Source: Octopus sinensis
Lineage: Eukaryota
Assembly: GCF_006345805.1 (NCBI RefSeq)
Contig: NW_021835162.1
Location: 1-42,110, forward strand
Length of the DNA: 42,110 bases
Reading direction: 5' to 3'
This document shows positions 24,216-35,881 of the stretch, in pieces (within the stretch, counting starts at the first letter, position 1; the number at the start of each line of letters is the position of its first letter). The position numbers and the translations under genes were made by a program. The notes under the pieces are model-generated. The model was not told the origin of the DNA and did no database searches. It saw only the letters and a list, made by a program, of their open reading frames with translations.

Positions 24216-24772
24216 TTAGAAATAAATATTTTCAAAATTAATAAAAAGCAGCCCACGCTTTTTAAAAAAATCAAAGAACAAATAAATAAAATTCTGCTAT
24301 AAGAATATTAAGAATAGAACTTTCTATCAAAAAATAAAGTGAAATTCAATAAATAAAAATAAAGTGAACAGATTGAAAGAATAAACTCACAAATATTACA
24401 AAATGATGAAATTTCAGATAATTTATCCATTAAAAGAAACTGCATCTCAAAATATTCCTTCTAATCCAATTAAATAAAAATAAAGATCGACCAAATAATG
24501 TAGCAGGACAACAAGGTATTCCAACAGCGTGGTCACACGTGGCATAATTTATTAGGTTTTCTATTAATAATTCGGTAACTAAAAATTAAGATAATTTATT
24601 AAAGAAAAAAATATTATTTTAATTAAAACACACTTCTACTTAGTAATATAAAATTAAGTAAAATTTCATGTTTTAAAAATATTTGTGCCGTTCTATTATA
24701 CAATATTGGTGAGAAAATAAAAGACTCCTGAAATAGATTTAATGATAGCTACTGTAGAAAATTAATTAATGA

Positions 24773-25649
24773 CTAGAAAGCAAAGTCCTCATTGAGCCAA
24801 TTGGGATCCTCCATTGCGGAAGGAACCTAGAAATAAAAAACTGAAATCCAAACAAAGTTCATATCATACTGACGAGCATCCTGATTATAGACCATATCCG
24901 ACTCCTGTTCGTCCACATTTTCAACCTCCTCTACACGGTCTGTCTCCTCGACTTCTCTGTACAGAACATATCCACCATAACATCCCACGGACTTTGTCTA
25001 CTCAGAACTCCCTTAATTCTGAGGAACTCTCTGGACAACAAATACCACATCACCCCAATAGACTCCCTCCCCTACACACTCACTATGAACTACAACCTTG
25101 TTATTGCAGGGAATAACACAATCCACGTTATTGGGGTAGTTGTCACTGTCACAGAAAGCAATCACAATTATCCCCCGCATGGAGGCTTCCTTAATACACT
25201 GATGGTCCACTTGGGGATTGGCTACCACCAACACCAGGGGTTCCATGAATTGTTTCTACCAATAAGAAACATTCCCAGCCTGTCCCCGATTGGTGAACGA
25301 GCCGGGAGTGAATCTCTGGACGACAGAGGCAGATCCCGTGTAGCGGGCAAACTTGAGAGCTGCTCGCTGGGCCAGAATGTTCCCCCCCACAGCGACGATA
25401 TCTTTCGGGTTTTTGATGGCAACCATCAATCGAGCGGCGATTTGGATTTTCTCCCACATGAGGTGAATGTTTATTATGTTTGTCCCTTTTGATTATTAAA
25501 GTGAGTCCCCGAGTACCATCTGTGTTGGTGCTGTAAATATACCTTTCCATTTGTTTGTTAATGCTTGGAGAGGCGATGTGAGCCTTTGAAACAAGTATGA
25601 GTCTTACATCCTCGGGGGTTATTTTCATAAGATTACATCCACCAGACAT
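24773..25649 (-). CDS. RPSA: 40S ribosomal protein uS2 (SA), 5 coding exons; one apparent 1-nt deletion at ~24965
   Basis: [58 protein letters not shown] and PWDVMVD. Introns of 31, 24 (GC-AG, 25279-25256), 25 and 27 nt. Confidence 0.95.
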
Positions 25650-25678
25650 TCTTATCTAGCTACAAAATGCGTGCAAAT

Positions 25679-27746
25679 CAGGGTTGTTAAAAATCATGAT
25701 TTTTTTCAAAAAAATCAAAAAAATCTGATTTTCTTGATTTAATCACGATTTTTTTTGATTAAATCAGATTTTTTTGAATAAATGATCTTTATTTCAAAAC
25801 GACCCTTTCCACCTGGCTTATCAGAGAACCTCTCTCTTTGTACATAAACACTGAAACGGCCACGCAGAACGATCTATCGTAGTTCCTTATGTCCACCGGG
25901 ATCACTTAACTAGTTTGCATTACGCTTTCTTTCTTTGTGGTCTTCGGGTTAATAAATAAAAAAATATTTCAAAGCGAACTAAAATAAAAAACAAAAACAA
26001 TGGAAATCGTTTTTATTTATTTAAAAGCTTGTAAATGGAAACAAGTTTGGCTGCTTTTTCGATCCCCAGCCTATTGCGTACATTTGAATGTAGAAATCCG
26101 AATGTTGAAAAGATTCTTTCTATTCCACCTGTCGAAGCAACTGCTCAAGAATTTTTTTGCATAGTGAAATTACTTGTGAAGGTAACTGGTATGAATTCGA
26201 CTCCCGCCAAGCTATAGGTGATACTTTACTCAATAAATTCGGAGCAAACATGTATTGTTTAAATGGATCAGCTTTTGCTCTGAAATTAATCAGAGTCGGA
26301 AGTGCATATTCATAATTTTGAGCACAATAACTCAATGCAATGTCAATCTCAACATTTGAAAGAGATTCCCACTACATGTCGGGTCGATCAAATTCGCAAG
26401 TAAGTGGAAAGGTGTTAATGCTTGTTTTGCTCGAATTCTCACTTTTCCTAAAATATTCGTACATCCATTGTCAATATATGTCTGTTCAAGTTCTTTCCAA
26501 ATTTCTACAGCATGACTAATCGTGGTAGAATCATTCTGAATTTTATCTAAAGCGACAGCAATTGGTTTAATAAGCATCAGATATTCTTCAACGCGTCGTT
26601 TTAGGGAAATATTTGGACCTTGGAAAAAATCTCTGTATCAATATCCGTTCTGTGTTCCTCACAAGTTCTCAAAATAATAGACCAATTATCCAGATAAGAT
26701 TGAAAACAGTCTGATAAAGTGTTCCACCGTACATCAATCGGAAGAACGAGTTTTTTTCCTCCATTAGATTTGTACCATGCAGCTGGAAGATGGACGTTTC
26801 GGAAATATTTATTGATTGTTACATAGTTCCTTTAACGTCCGCTACCTCGACATCCTTCAAAGAAGTTGAGATAATGTGCCGAGCAACCATAAGTAATTAT
26901 TTCATTGCCATCTTCCATCATTATCCGTCTCATTTTAGTCATGTTGGCAGCATTATCCGTTACAAGACTGCCGATTGTACATCCAAACCGTTGTTCAGCC
27001 AATTGTGCGGAGGCTAAAGCAACAGATTGAAGATATTCCGCAGTGTGGCTATATCCAGAAGTGTCCACAGTGTCAATGAGATAATTTTCCCCATCTGATG
27101 TCACAACCGAGACACAAATAACGGGTTCATTATGAATGTTGCTCCCCCGTCCAACATCATAGACACTGTTTTGTCCTGGAGTCTTTGTCGACAGTCTTCA
27201 TGTATTTGGTCGTACACATGATCAAGTAATGTACCACCATTTGATGACGAGAGGGTAAACGATACCCAGGAAGAAGCATTTGGACGAATTTGACAAATTC
27301 GGGATGTTCTACACAGCAGCAAACGGAGTGTTTGTAGAAAATATGTATCTAGCGAGTTGCAGATCCATCAAATCTTTCTTAGATGAAGTCGTCGTAGTTA
27401 CGAAATTGATTAATGAATGGTCCTTCATCCTTGGAGGAAATTCGCTTTCAGGTCTCGGCATAATTTTCAGGGATATCAATATTACTTCGACTATTACTAC
27501 ATAATAAATGATGCTGCCTCATCCGAGATACAGACCTTGTATGTCCTTCCCACAATTACGACATCTGGCACGGCTTCCGGTCTTTCCAGGAATAATACGT
27601 TTATCAAAATAAGCCCACAAAGAATCACGCTTTCTTCCAGACATTTAAAAAATTTAAATGATTTTTTTGATTTTTTGATTTTTTTTAATGATTTAAATCA
27701 TTGATTTTTATTGATTAAAATCAAATGATTTAAATCTAACACCCTG
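25679..27746 (-). mobile_element. Full-length hAT transposon with 8-bp TSD, 30 bp upstream of the RPSA ATG
   Basis: TSD gtgcaaat at 25671-25678 and 27747-27754; ends cagggttgtta... and ...taacaccctg; GATTT/AAATC-rich subterminal repeats. Transposase from ATG 27644 has a BED finger (WAYF..CRNC..H), LDG(W)SN, VTDNAANM, CSAH, RWNT and STGGIERIFS, broken by single-base indels. Confidence 0.92.
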
Positions 27747-28214
27747 GTGCAAATATTAAAGAACAATATAGAAATCAATAACGTGTCTACTTTTATTTAA
27801 ATTAAATTCCTTTTGTATCAAAAATAACTTTAATTTTTATTGTCAATTTCTAGTTTTTAATACACAATTTCAGAGTTTTTGATTGTCATTCGTGGCTTCA
27901 GACTTGTCGATTTACTTAATTAAACAGCCAATAATCTATTTGTTGAGGAAGCAATTTATGTTATCACCACGGAGGAAATCAAATAAAATCTTTTGGAATT
28001 CGTTAGCAGATCTTGCCCTAATTTCCAAAAAACTCCTGGAAAGAAGAATCTTTTGTATTTTGGATCTTCTGGAAGAAGCGTACCCCGAAATCACTGTCTG
28101 AAAGTTAAAGAAAGTAGGACAGAAATGTGAACCATTTCGGTCGACAATTCTAAACCCTAGACAAAGTGCAATCTGAACATTTTAAACAACAATATTTATA
28201 AGAATGACACAATG

Positions 28215-29281
28215 TTAAAAATTAAGATCTGAGTAGAAATTTATATTGGGATAGTTCTGGAATGTCTGATCGGGAGTTTGAAAATGCATTGAGGGGAGGA
28301 ACAGCATTGATTTATTGGCTCTTATTGGCTCTCTCAACATACTTTCTGGGTAATATTCGTTTCCATAATGTCCATAATGTTGATAATCTGTCACAAATGA
28401 CGAAAACAAACTATTTTTAAGTCTGTTATTCTGCAGGATTTGTGGTCTTGATTAAACTGATGTTGGTAGACCCCAAATTCTGTGTTACTGGGAGGTGGAT
28501 TGAGAGGTAGGAGGCTAGAGTTGCTCGGTTGTTTCTTTTCCGTTCCTTGGACCTCCTGTTTTGAAACCAGACCTAACACTAAAGACCCTCATTCTGACTT
28601 GGATGACGCGAACTGATAGTCCAGTCATTTGCTCATTTCTTCCAATGTATGACGCAATGGCTTTCTTTCACTTTCGTACAATTCTGTAAGCAGCCCAATT
28701 TGATGTGGTTTGATTGATGTTCTCCGTCCTCGCTGTTTGCATCTGGCTTCATGCTTGGCCTGAACTTCCTGACTAAGGGATTCAGGCTCTTCAGGACTCC
28801 CTTCACTTCCGAACAAGAATCAGGGGACTTTGAGATGCCTTCTGATTCCGCAGTGTTTTTTACTAAAATAACTCGATTATCAAACATATATTTTTGTGAT
28901 AATAGTCCATGCAGTAAAGTGTGGATTTATTACAATAGTGAAATGAGTCCCCAGTTTTGAGTTCTTTGTTACAACACAGACACTTGAGGCATTCAATATG
29001 ATACATATGTGAGTTGATGTTATACACCAATGTATTTAGTTCAATTTGGACGTTACACAACGGACAAAACCCATACATCCTACAAACTAAAATTTTAATA
29101 AAACATTGCATAGTCGTTAAAACAGTAAATCCCATTTCTCACGTAACAACATATGTGAGTACCTGAGAACACACACAACCTGGAGACAGTTAGTGTGAAA
29201 ATATGAGTCCATCAGACGCAAATATGAGTGTTTTGTATAAATTACTTCTTGACATTTGGTACATTTCAGCTGACCATCCAT
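28215..29281 (-). CDS. LIM-homeobox protein, Lhx1/5 (Lim1/lin-11) family; several apparent 1-nt deletions
   Basis: LIM1 CTKC..HTNC, LIM2 CPLC..HIECLKCLCC..LYC.D, homeodomain RGRRTSIK..Q..TGLSVRVIQ|VWFQNRRSKER with a 26-nt intron at the canonical IQ|VW position. Confidence 0.85.
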
Positions 29282-30094
29282 GCGGCGAGAAAAACTAAAA
29301 ACAAGAATGATAACTACGCTAATTATTTAATGGAATATCAGAACGGAGTTTACGCTGAAAGTCGCCCTTTGATACGGTTTTAAGCGACGCCGGAGGGGAG
29401 TGTGGTCAGATTAGCAAATACAATAAAATATATTGAGATTAAAAAAACAAGTTATTTCCAATTCCTAGTGCAAAGCATCCAATTTATTTTTAAGTACCAC
29501 TCAATACCAAGCTAAAAACCAAGTATAATTATCTAACCACTGAAAATAATACAGTTTCCAACAGGCGTCTTTCAATCGGGATGTTTGACAGTACCAAGTA
29601 GGTTAATCACTTATGTTCATTTTCAGAATCATGGCAATCACAACAAGTCAATTTTGTAATTATATAAGTCATTATATTACATCTGTTCGAATTGAGTTGG
29701 TAGTTTAGTAAATTGATTTTTGAATTTTTGCTAAAATCACTTTTTTAAAGAATACATTGAAATTTAATAATTGACTAATATATATAATCAATAAGCATCT
29801 GCAATAATTCTTGTACATAAAATTATGGAATTGATTAATCATGAAATAATTGTAGTATTTCCAGACAATTATGTACGTGAACTATAATTTAGAGACAGTT
29901 ATAAAATAACTCGATTTTTGGCACGTATCTAACATTTATTAGTTTACTAAATTTATATTTCAGAAATCAATTATTGTACTAATTATGTCATACAAATATC
30001 ATTTTTCGAATGATATTCCCTAAAAATACTTTGAGTCAAATCAATTATTTGCACTTCCCATATAAATCAGATTCTAAAAAAATGTATGTACCTG

Positions 30095-30400
30095 TCAATT
30101 CTGAGCCATTTTACCAGTTGAAAGAAAATTTGCCATCTTAGTTCTCATTCTTTTTAATGCAACCAGCGAGAGTGTTACCCGAAGCGTCGATAGTAGGCTA
30201 ATAGATCTTAAGTCGGGTATCGTTCCTTTCTTTTTTCTGGGTTTCTTCAGTAGAATTAACCATTCTTTGCCGAGGTCTAATAGTCTATTCTGCTCAAATG
30301 CTTTGTTCAGGATGTTTGCAATGGTTCTAGCAAAGCACGTCGTCCTGAAATGCAAAAACCTCACTGCTATAGGAAGATCATATAAGATAAACTCCCTCCT
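30095..30400 (-). mobile_element. Non-LTR RT N-terminal fragment
   Basis: LILLKKPRKKKG..DLRSISLLSTLR.TLS (RT domain 0/1, K.GK...RPISLL). Confidence 0.7.
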
Positions 30401-31290
30401 TAACTTATGGTGTGACCTTCTATTTTCTTCGTGCCGAATTCCTCTCAATTTCAGGGCGAATGAGCTTAAATAAATAAAAAAATCAGTGCCAACTCTCACT
30501 GTAGGAACAAATGTCCATCTCATATACTAGTTCAGGCTAATTTTATAAACTAACCGTAACTCACTTACGTTCAAACTTGGAACAGATAGACGATAGGTCA
30601 TACAGGTAACATAGTCGGCTGTGGAAAAAAAAGACATGAGAGACTAAATCTTAAAAGCAGTTGACGGAACCCACGTTTGTCCGATTCCAACTAGAATAAG
30701 ATAGCAGCTTCCCAAATACAAGCCTAAATCCCGTTTGCAACCAACAACGTCAAGAAAGCTTTTCAAATTTAACCGCCCCCTTATATAATCAAAAAATATC
30801 GAAATTTATTCTGGGACTTTGCCATTTTGTTATTTTTTACCATTTTTGTGCGTACTGTAGCTTGTGGAGCGGTCTTTTTGAGAAATAAGCCAAATGTTAT
30901 GCAGTTTTTAATAGAATAAATAAATTAATAATTAAAAAATGGTTAAATAGCACATAGAAAAGCTGAGGAACTTCATTCCGGTTGTCTGGATCATCTAATT
31001 AATTTATTTGATTCACTGTTTGTGATTTTCAGTTAAATAAAAAACTACCTTGAATAGAGTTAACAGATTTTTAAAGACACTTATAGGAGAACTATCTCGG
31101 CAGCTTCCTTCGCTCATCGCGAGTTAGCTCCTGTGGAGGGCCTGTTTCATCAAACAACTATAAATGTATGTAGATATATAACAACCTAGTTTGATGTAAG
31201 GCTATTCTAATGCCTGTTGATAGACGATGTTTGTCATCTGTTCTTCCTTAGCATATATGACTAAATTTTCGTTTTGGAAAAAAATAAACT

Positions 31291-32319
31291 GGTACTTTTG
31301 TCGAAGTGGTCGCAGTTTTTTTAGGCCTTTTAAAAAATCTAATAATTTTTGAGGTGGAATATATTATATTTTATTTAAGTCGCTCTATCAATAATTTAAA
31401 ATATTATTAAATTTTTTACTAATTTATTTTCTAATTTTTTTAATATTATGGCGAGCATGTACCTAATATTGATATAAACTGGCACTATAGGTCACATGGA
31501 AAATTCTGTTGTGGACTTATGCAACATCAAATTCCGACAGCTCCCAATAAGTAAGGAGGATGCAGTGCATTTTCTGCAAAATGTGGATATCCTTTCAAAA
31601 TCACGTATATGTCCGAAGGGACATCAGATGGAATTAGTCTTGGGACCGAAGCTCAATTGAAATGCTCAAGAGTTGGTTGTAGAGTCCAATGTTCTATTAA
31701 AAAAGGTATAATTTCTCTCAAATAATTCTAGATACCTGGTTAGAGAATTGAGATGCCATTTGAGGATGTCATCGCCTACATATACTTATGGAGTTACGAT
31801 AGGCATACCTTCAAATGGCTTCATCACGAATACAATTGGGGTGAACATACATATGTCGATTGGGCTATGTTTTTACGTGAAAAATATAATATATTCAGAA
31901 AATTCTTTTGTGATCCAACGACGGGAGTGCACACCCAGACAGTAGAACGAATGTGGGGAAGTGCAAAATGCAAGAATAAAGCTCAAAGAGGAGCTGTAAG
32001 ACATCATCTGGGATCTTATTTCGCAGGTTTTTTTAGTTAGTTATTTTTTCAGATTTGTGGCGAAAACAAATACAGAAACTATAAGGAATCTTTTGCACAG
32101 ATTGTAAAAGACATAAATTCCTTCTACAGTCCTGGAATTTGGATGCCGCGTACTAAAAATGACTAAATTGGTTAAATAAATTTTTAAATAATTTTAATAA
32201 CCATTTAAATTATTGATAGAGGGTTATAAATTAAATAATCTATTTTTCACTAAAAAAATTAATTAATTTTAATTATCTTCTAAAAAAACTGCGACCACTC
32301 TCACTTCGACAAAAGTACC
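31291..32319 (+). mobile_element. Merlin (IS1595/ISXO2-like) transposon, internally deleted
   Basis: Ends ggtacttttgtcgaagtg / cacttcgacaaaagtacc with imperfect TIR similarity over ~130 bp; 8-bp TSD aataaact (31283-31290, 32320-32327); remnant zinc-ribbon region and DPTTGVHTQTVERMWG motif; central DD region missing. Confidence 0.88.
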
Positions 32320-33347
32320 AATAAACTTAATAAACTTAATTGAATTCAAAATGACTGACAATATTAAATGTTATTTATATAATTTTTTAAATGTTCGAAA
32401 TTATCGAATTAATTGAAATAAATTATCACGTGTTATTAATGTTTTTTTCTTCTGTTGTGGTTCTGGTTGTAAAATTTTATTTCATTTTTCTTGCTATTAA
32501 TGTTTTATTGTTTAATATTTTTGTTTTTTATTTTTTTTTTGAAGATTAATTAATTTGACTACTGGTAAAATATCTTGGATAAAGTTTATTTTGCAAGCGA
32601 ATTTATATTCACTTTATCAATTAATTAATCTCCATTCATAAGAACTTTTTACATTAAATTTAATTCTATTGTCTATTTGGATTTTTTAGTATTTTGATTT
32701 TTTCCACTATTTTATTGATTATTTTTTATAGTTGTAGCATCAATTTGAATTAATAATTACTCAAGCACCTTGTTGTATAGTGCCAAATCAGGGGAATTAT
32801 TTTTTATTTTCATTTTTGGTAATTTCACTTTTATTCCCAAAGACAGAAGCGAGTTTTTTTTAATTCATAGATTAATTTCTTGTGACCGGTTCATAATGAG
32901 ATACGGTTGAATACGAGCCGTTAAAAAATCGATAATTAATATACCGATTCAAAAGGCCAATTAATATAAAGCCAAACGTTCCGAAAAAAACGAAAAATTT
33001 TATCCTAAGACAATCAATAATGTCTTTATATAAAAATAAAAACCAAATCAGAAAACGCACTAATCACTGTTAATAATGTTTATCAGGATTTATAAATGCC
33101 TTCAAATCGACTTTCTTGGTATACGAAAGACTTGAGATACCATTAAATATACTAATAATGAAAAATAAACAGCAAATAGAAAAATAAAATGAAAATATGT
33201 TCATCATAATATACAAGAATATGTAAAAATTCAATTTTTATCAATACACAATTCCATAGCAAACCATCAGAAAAACAAATAACAACAAAGATTAATATAT
33301 TTTATTTTTTTTATAAAGACATTAGCGGTGAATAAGTTATTCACGAA

Positions 33348-33760
33348 TTAATAAAGAGCCTGGAGGTTGCTCAAAGTCGCCGCATTGCGTATCGAGTGGC
33401 AGTTTCCGCGGAGCACCGCGACCGAGATTCGCTGGAAGAGCCAGCTCGTCTTCCTCCGCTCGTTGGTCTTCCTGGCAATTCTCCTGGCAATGTCGGCAAG
33501 AAGTCGAGTCGCAGACCTGCCGACGATTCCAGATGTTTCGAAGGCGAGGGGGACAAACTCGTAAGAGTCCGAAATATTTCCATACTTTGATTTCTTATCC
33601 TCCTCAGCCTGAGCACTGGCAGAACCCGGGTTAGTCATGGACTTGAGTAACACCGTCGCGGAGAACGAGTCAACACAAGTTGCATCCCAAATCAGGGACT
33701 TGCCTTCCCTGAAAGGGAAGGTAGTCATCCCGTCAGGACGCTTTCCATCACTCCGAGAGT
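33348..33760 (-). mobile_element. CRE-clade LINE 3' portion with RLE domain
   Basis: DGKRPDGMT.FPF.EGKSLIWDATCVD (PD..D), K.SKY, PLAFETSG and FQRISVAVLRGN. Confidence 0.88.
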
Positions 33761-33909
33761 GGAGGGGAAAGTGTACACACGTTGAGAATAATTGATTGTT
33801 TATATGTCAATTAAATTTTGTAATGCTTACTATTTATAAAGTACAGTCAACCCTCTCTATAATGAACAAAATGTCCACGTCAAAACATCATGTTCACTAT
33901 TGTCTATAG

Positions 33910-35881
33910 CAGGGGTCACCAAACTTTTTGCACTCGCGGGCCGGATTGACCCCAACACAATGAACGCGGGCCGGAGCACGTGCATAGGATTATAATTTTA
34001 CTAGAAATTCATAAGTGTGTTTTTTACAATAAAAACTAATTTAAACAAAAATAAAGTAAACAAAAATTTTAATGAGAGCTATGGAACTGTGATCTTTTTT
34101 TGATAAGTTCATCAATATTTGGTTTTAAATTGCTGCATCCTATCATGAGAATTGATTTTAAGTGTCCGTCAGTCAATCTTGCACGATGGGCAGACTTAAC
34201 ATATTTCATCCTCGAAAACGTTTGCTCACATTGGTAAGTTGTGCCAAATATAGAAATCATCTTTATCGCAAAATTCTTTAGTCTCGGAAACTCATCATCC
34301 TTGAGATATTCGTAGAACTCAGCGAGTTTGGTCCGTCTGTGACAATCTTTGAGCTGTTCATTTGATTGTAAGTCAATAACTTTTAATTGTAATTCATGTT
34401 GAACATTTTCAACATTACAAGAAAATGGATTTTCGAACAAAATTATATCGCTTTCAATTTTGTCAAGTTCAGAAAACTTATGTAAAAAATGATGTTTTAA
34501 TTCTTTGATAATTCCAATTTGGAAAGTAATGTCGATCTCATAACAGTTTGCCTCACAAAAACTTTTAAAACAAGAAAAGTGTGAAAACTGACGTACTCCA
34601 AGTTGTGACTCGAATAACATCAATTTTTGTCGAAATGCTTTAATTATCCTGTAGAAATCACAAATTAAGTTTTCCTTTCCTTGTAATTTCAGATTTAGCT
34701 CATTCATGTGAGTTGTAACATCAACCAAAAATGATAATTTTGATAGCCAAGCAAGATCTGATAATTCGGGATAATAGTTATTTTTACTGGTTAGAAAAAT
34801 ATCAATCTCACTTCGGAGTTTATAAAATCTATTTAATACATTACCACAGCTAAGCCATCTAACTGCAGTGTAATATGGTAAGTCAAAATATTCAGATCCA
34901 AAATCGTCAAGTAAAACTTTAAACTGACGGTGATTAAGTGAGCTCCCTCGAACAAAGTTTATTATGCGAATAACTGGATTCAACACACATGAAATATTAA
35001 GAGCCTTCGCACATAGTGCGTGCTGATGAAGGATGCAATGAATGAACAAAGTGTTTGAAATATGTAATTCCTCCAATTTATTAGTTATTTGCCCAACTAG
35101 ACCCTTTTTAGAACCAGCCATATTCTTTGCCCCGTCAATCGTAACACAACTCAGTTTCTCCCATTCAAGGTTATAGTCACTTATAGTTTGTTCCAATTCA
35201 TCAAAAATATCTTTTCCAGTGGTTGTTCCATGAATAGAACAAACAGATGCCAGTTCTTCAGTTATGGAAATATTCTCATCAACTCCACGAATAAAAATAA
35301 GAAGTTGCGATGTTCCCGAAATGTCAACTGACTCATCCAATGCAAGAGAATACCACAACATATTACTTGTCTTTTCACAAATTTGTAAATATATATTTTT
35401 TCCAAGCTCTTCAGTTCTCCGTGATACAGAACTCGCCGACAAACTTATTCCATCAAATAAGGAAGAATTTAGTGGGCACAAACAATTAACTGCTTCAATA
35501 ATGCAATTTTTGATATACATCCCATCACTAAAGGGTTTCCGTGTTGTGAAATAATTTTCGTTATCTCGTATCCAGCTCTTGTTACATTTTCATTATTTTC
35601 AAAATTTTTTTTTATAAGGCCTTGTTGAATTTGTAAAGTGCGTTTCAGTGATTCAACTTTATCCTCACGTAGCTTTCCAGTGTACTTGGAATATATCGGA
35701 GCATGATTCGTTTCATAATGACGTCGAATGTTATACTCCTTCATAACAGAGAGATGTTCGTGGCATATTAAACAATAATTATTAAGGTATTAATTGAATA
35801 TATTAAGGTATTAATTGAATATCTCGAAATAGTGCGCGGGCCGGATAAAATGTTGTCGCGGCCGTAGTTTGGTGACGTCTG
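33910..35881 (-). mobile_element. hAT (Charlie/SPIN-like) transposon nested in the pogo element
   Basis: TSD gtctatag at 33902-33909 and 35882-35889; TIRs caggggtcaccaaact / agtttggtgacgtctg; cgcgggccgg subterminal motifs. Confidence 0.93.
34069..35775 (-). CDS. hAT transposase (GTF2IRD2-like), one frameshift at ~35535, N-terminus apparently deleted
   Basis: CLIC..KEYNIRRHYETNH, LALDES, TIDGA, HCILH, VRWLS and CEQTFS; 483-aa uninterrupted ORF. Confidence 0.85.

Noticed and set aside
31080-31260. Possible snRNA or structured ncRNA next to Merlin
   Set aside because: No match to U1/U2/U6 hallmark sequences; only a weak catcaaac/gtttgatg inverted repeat.
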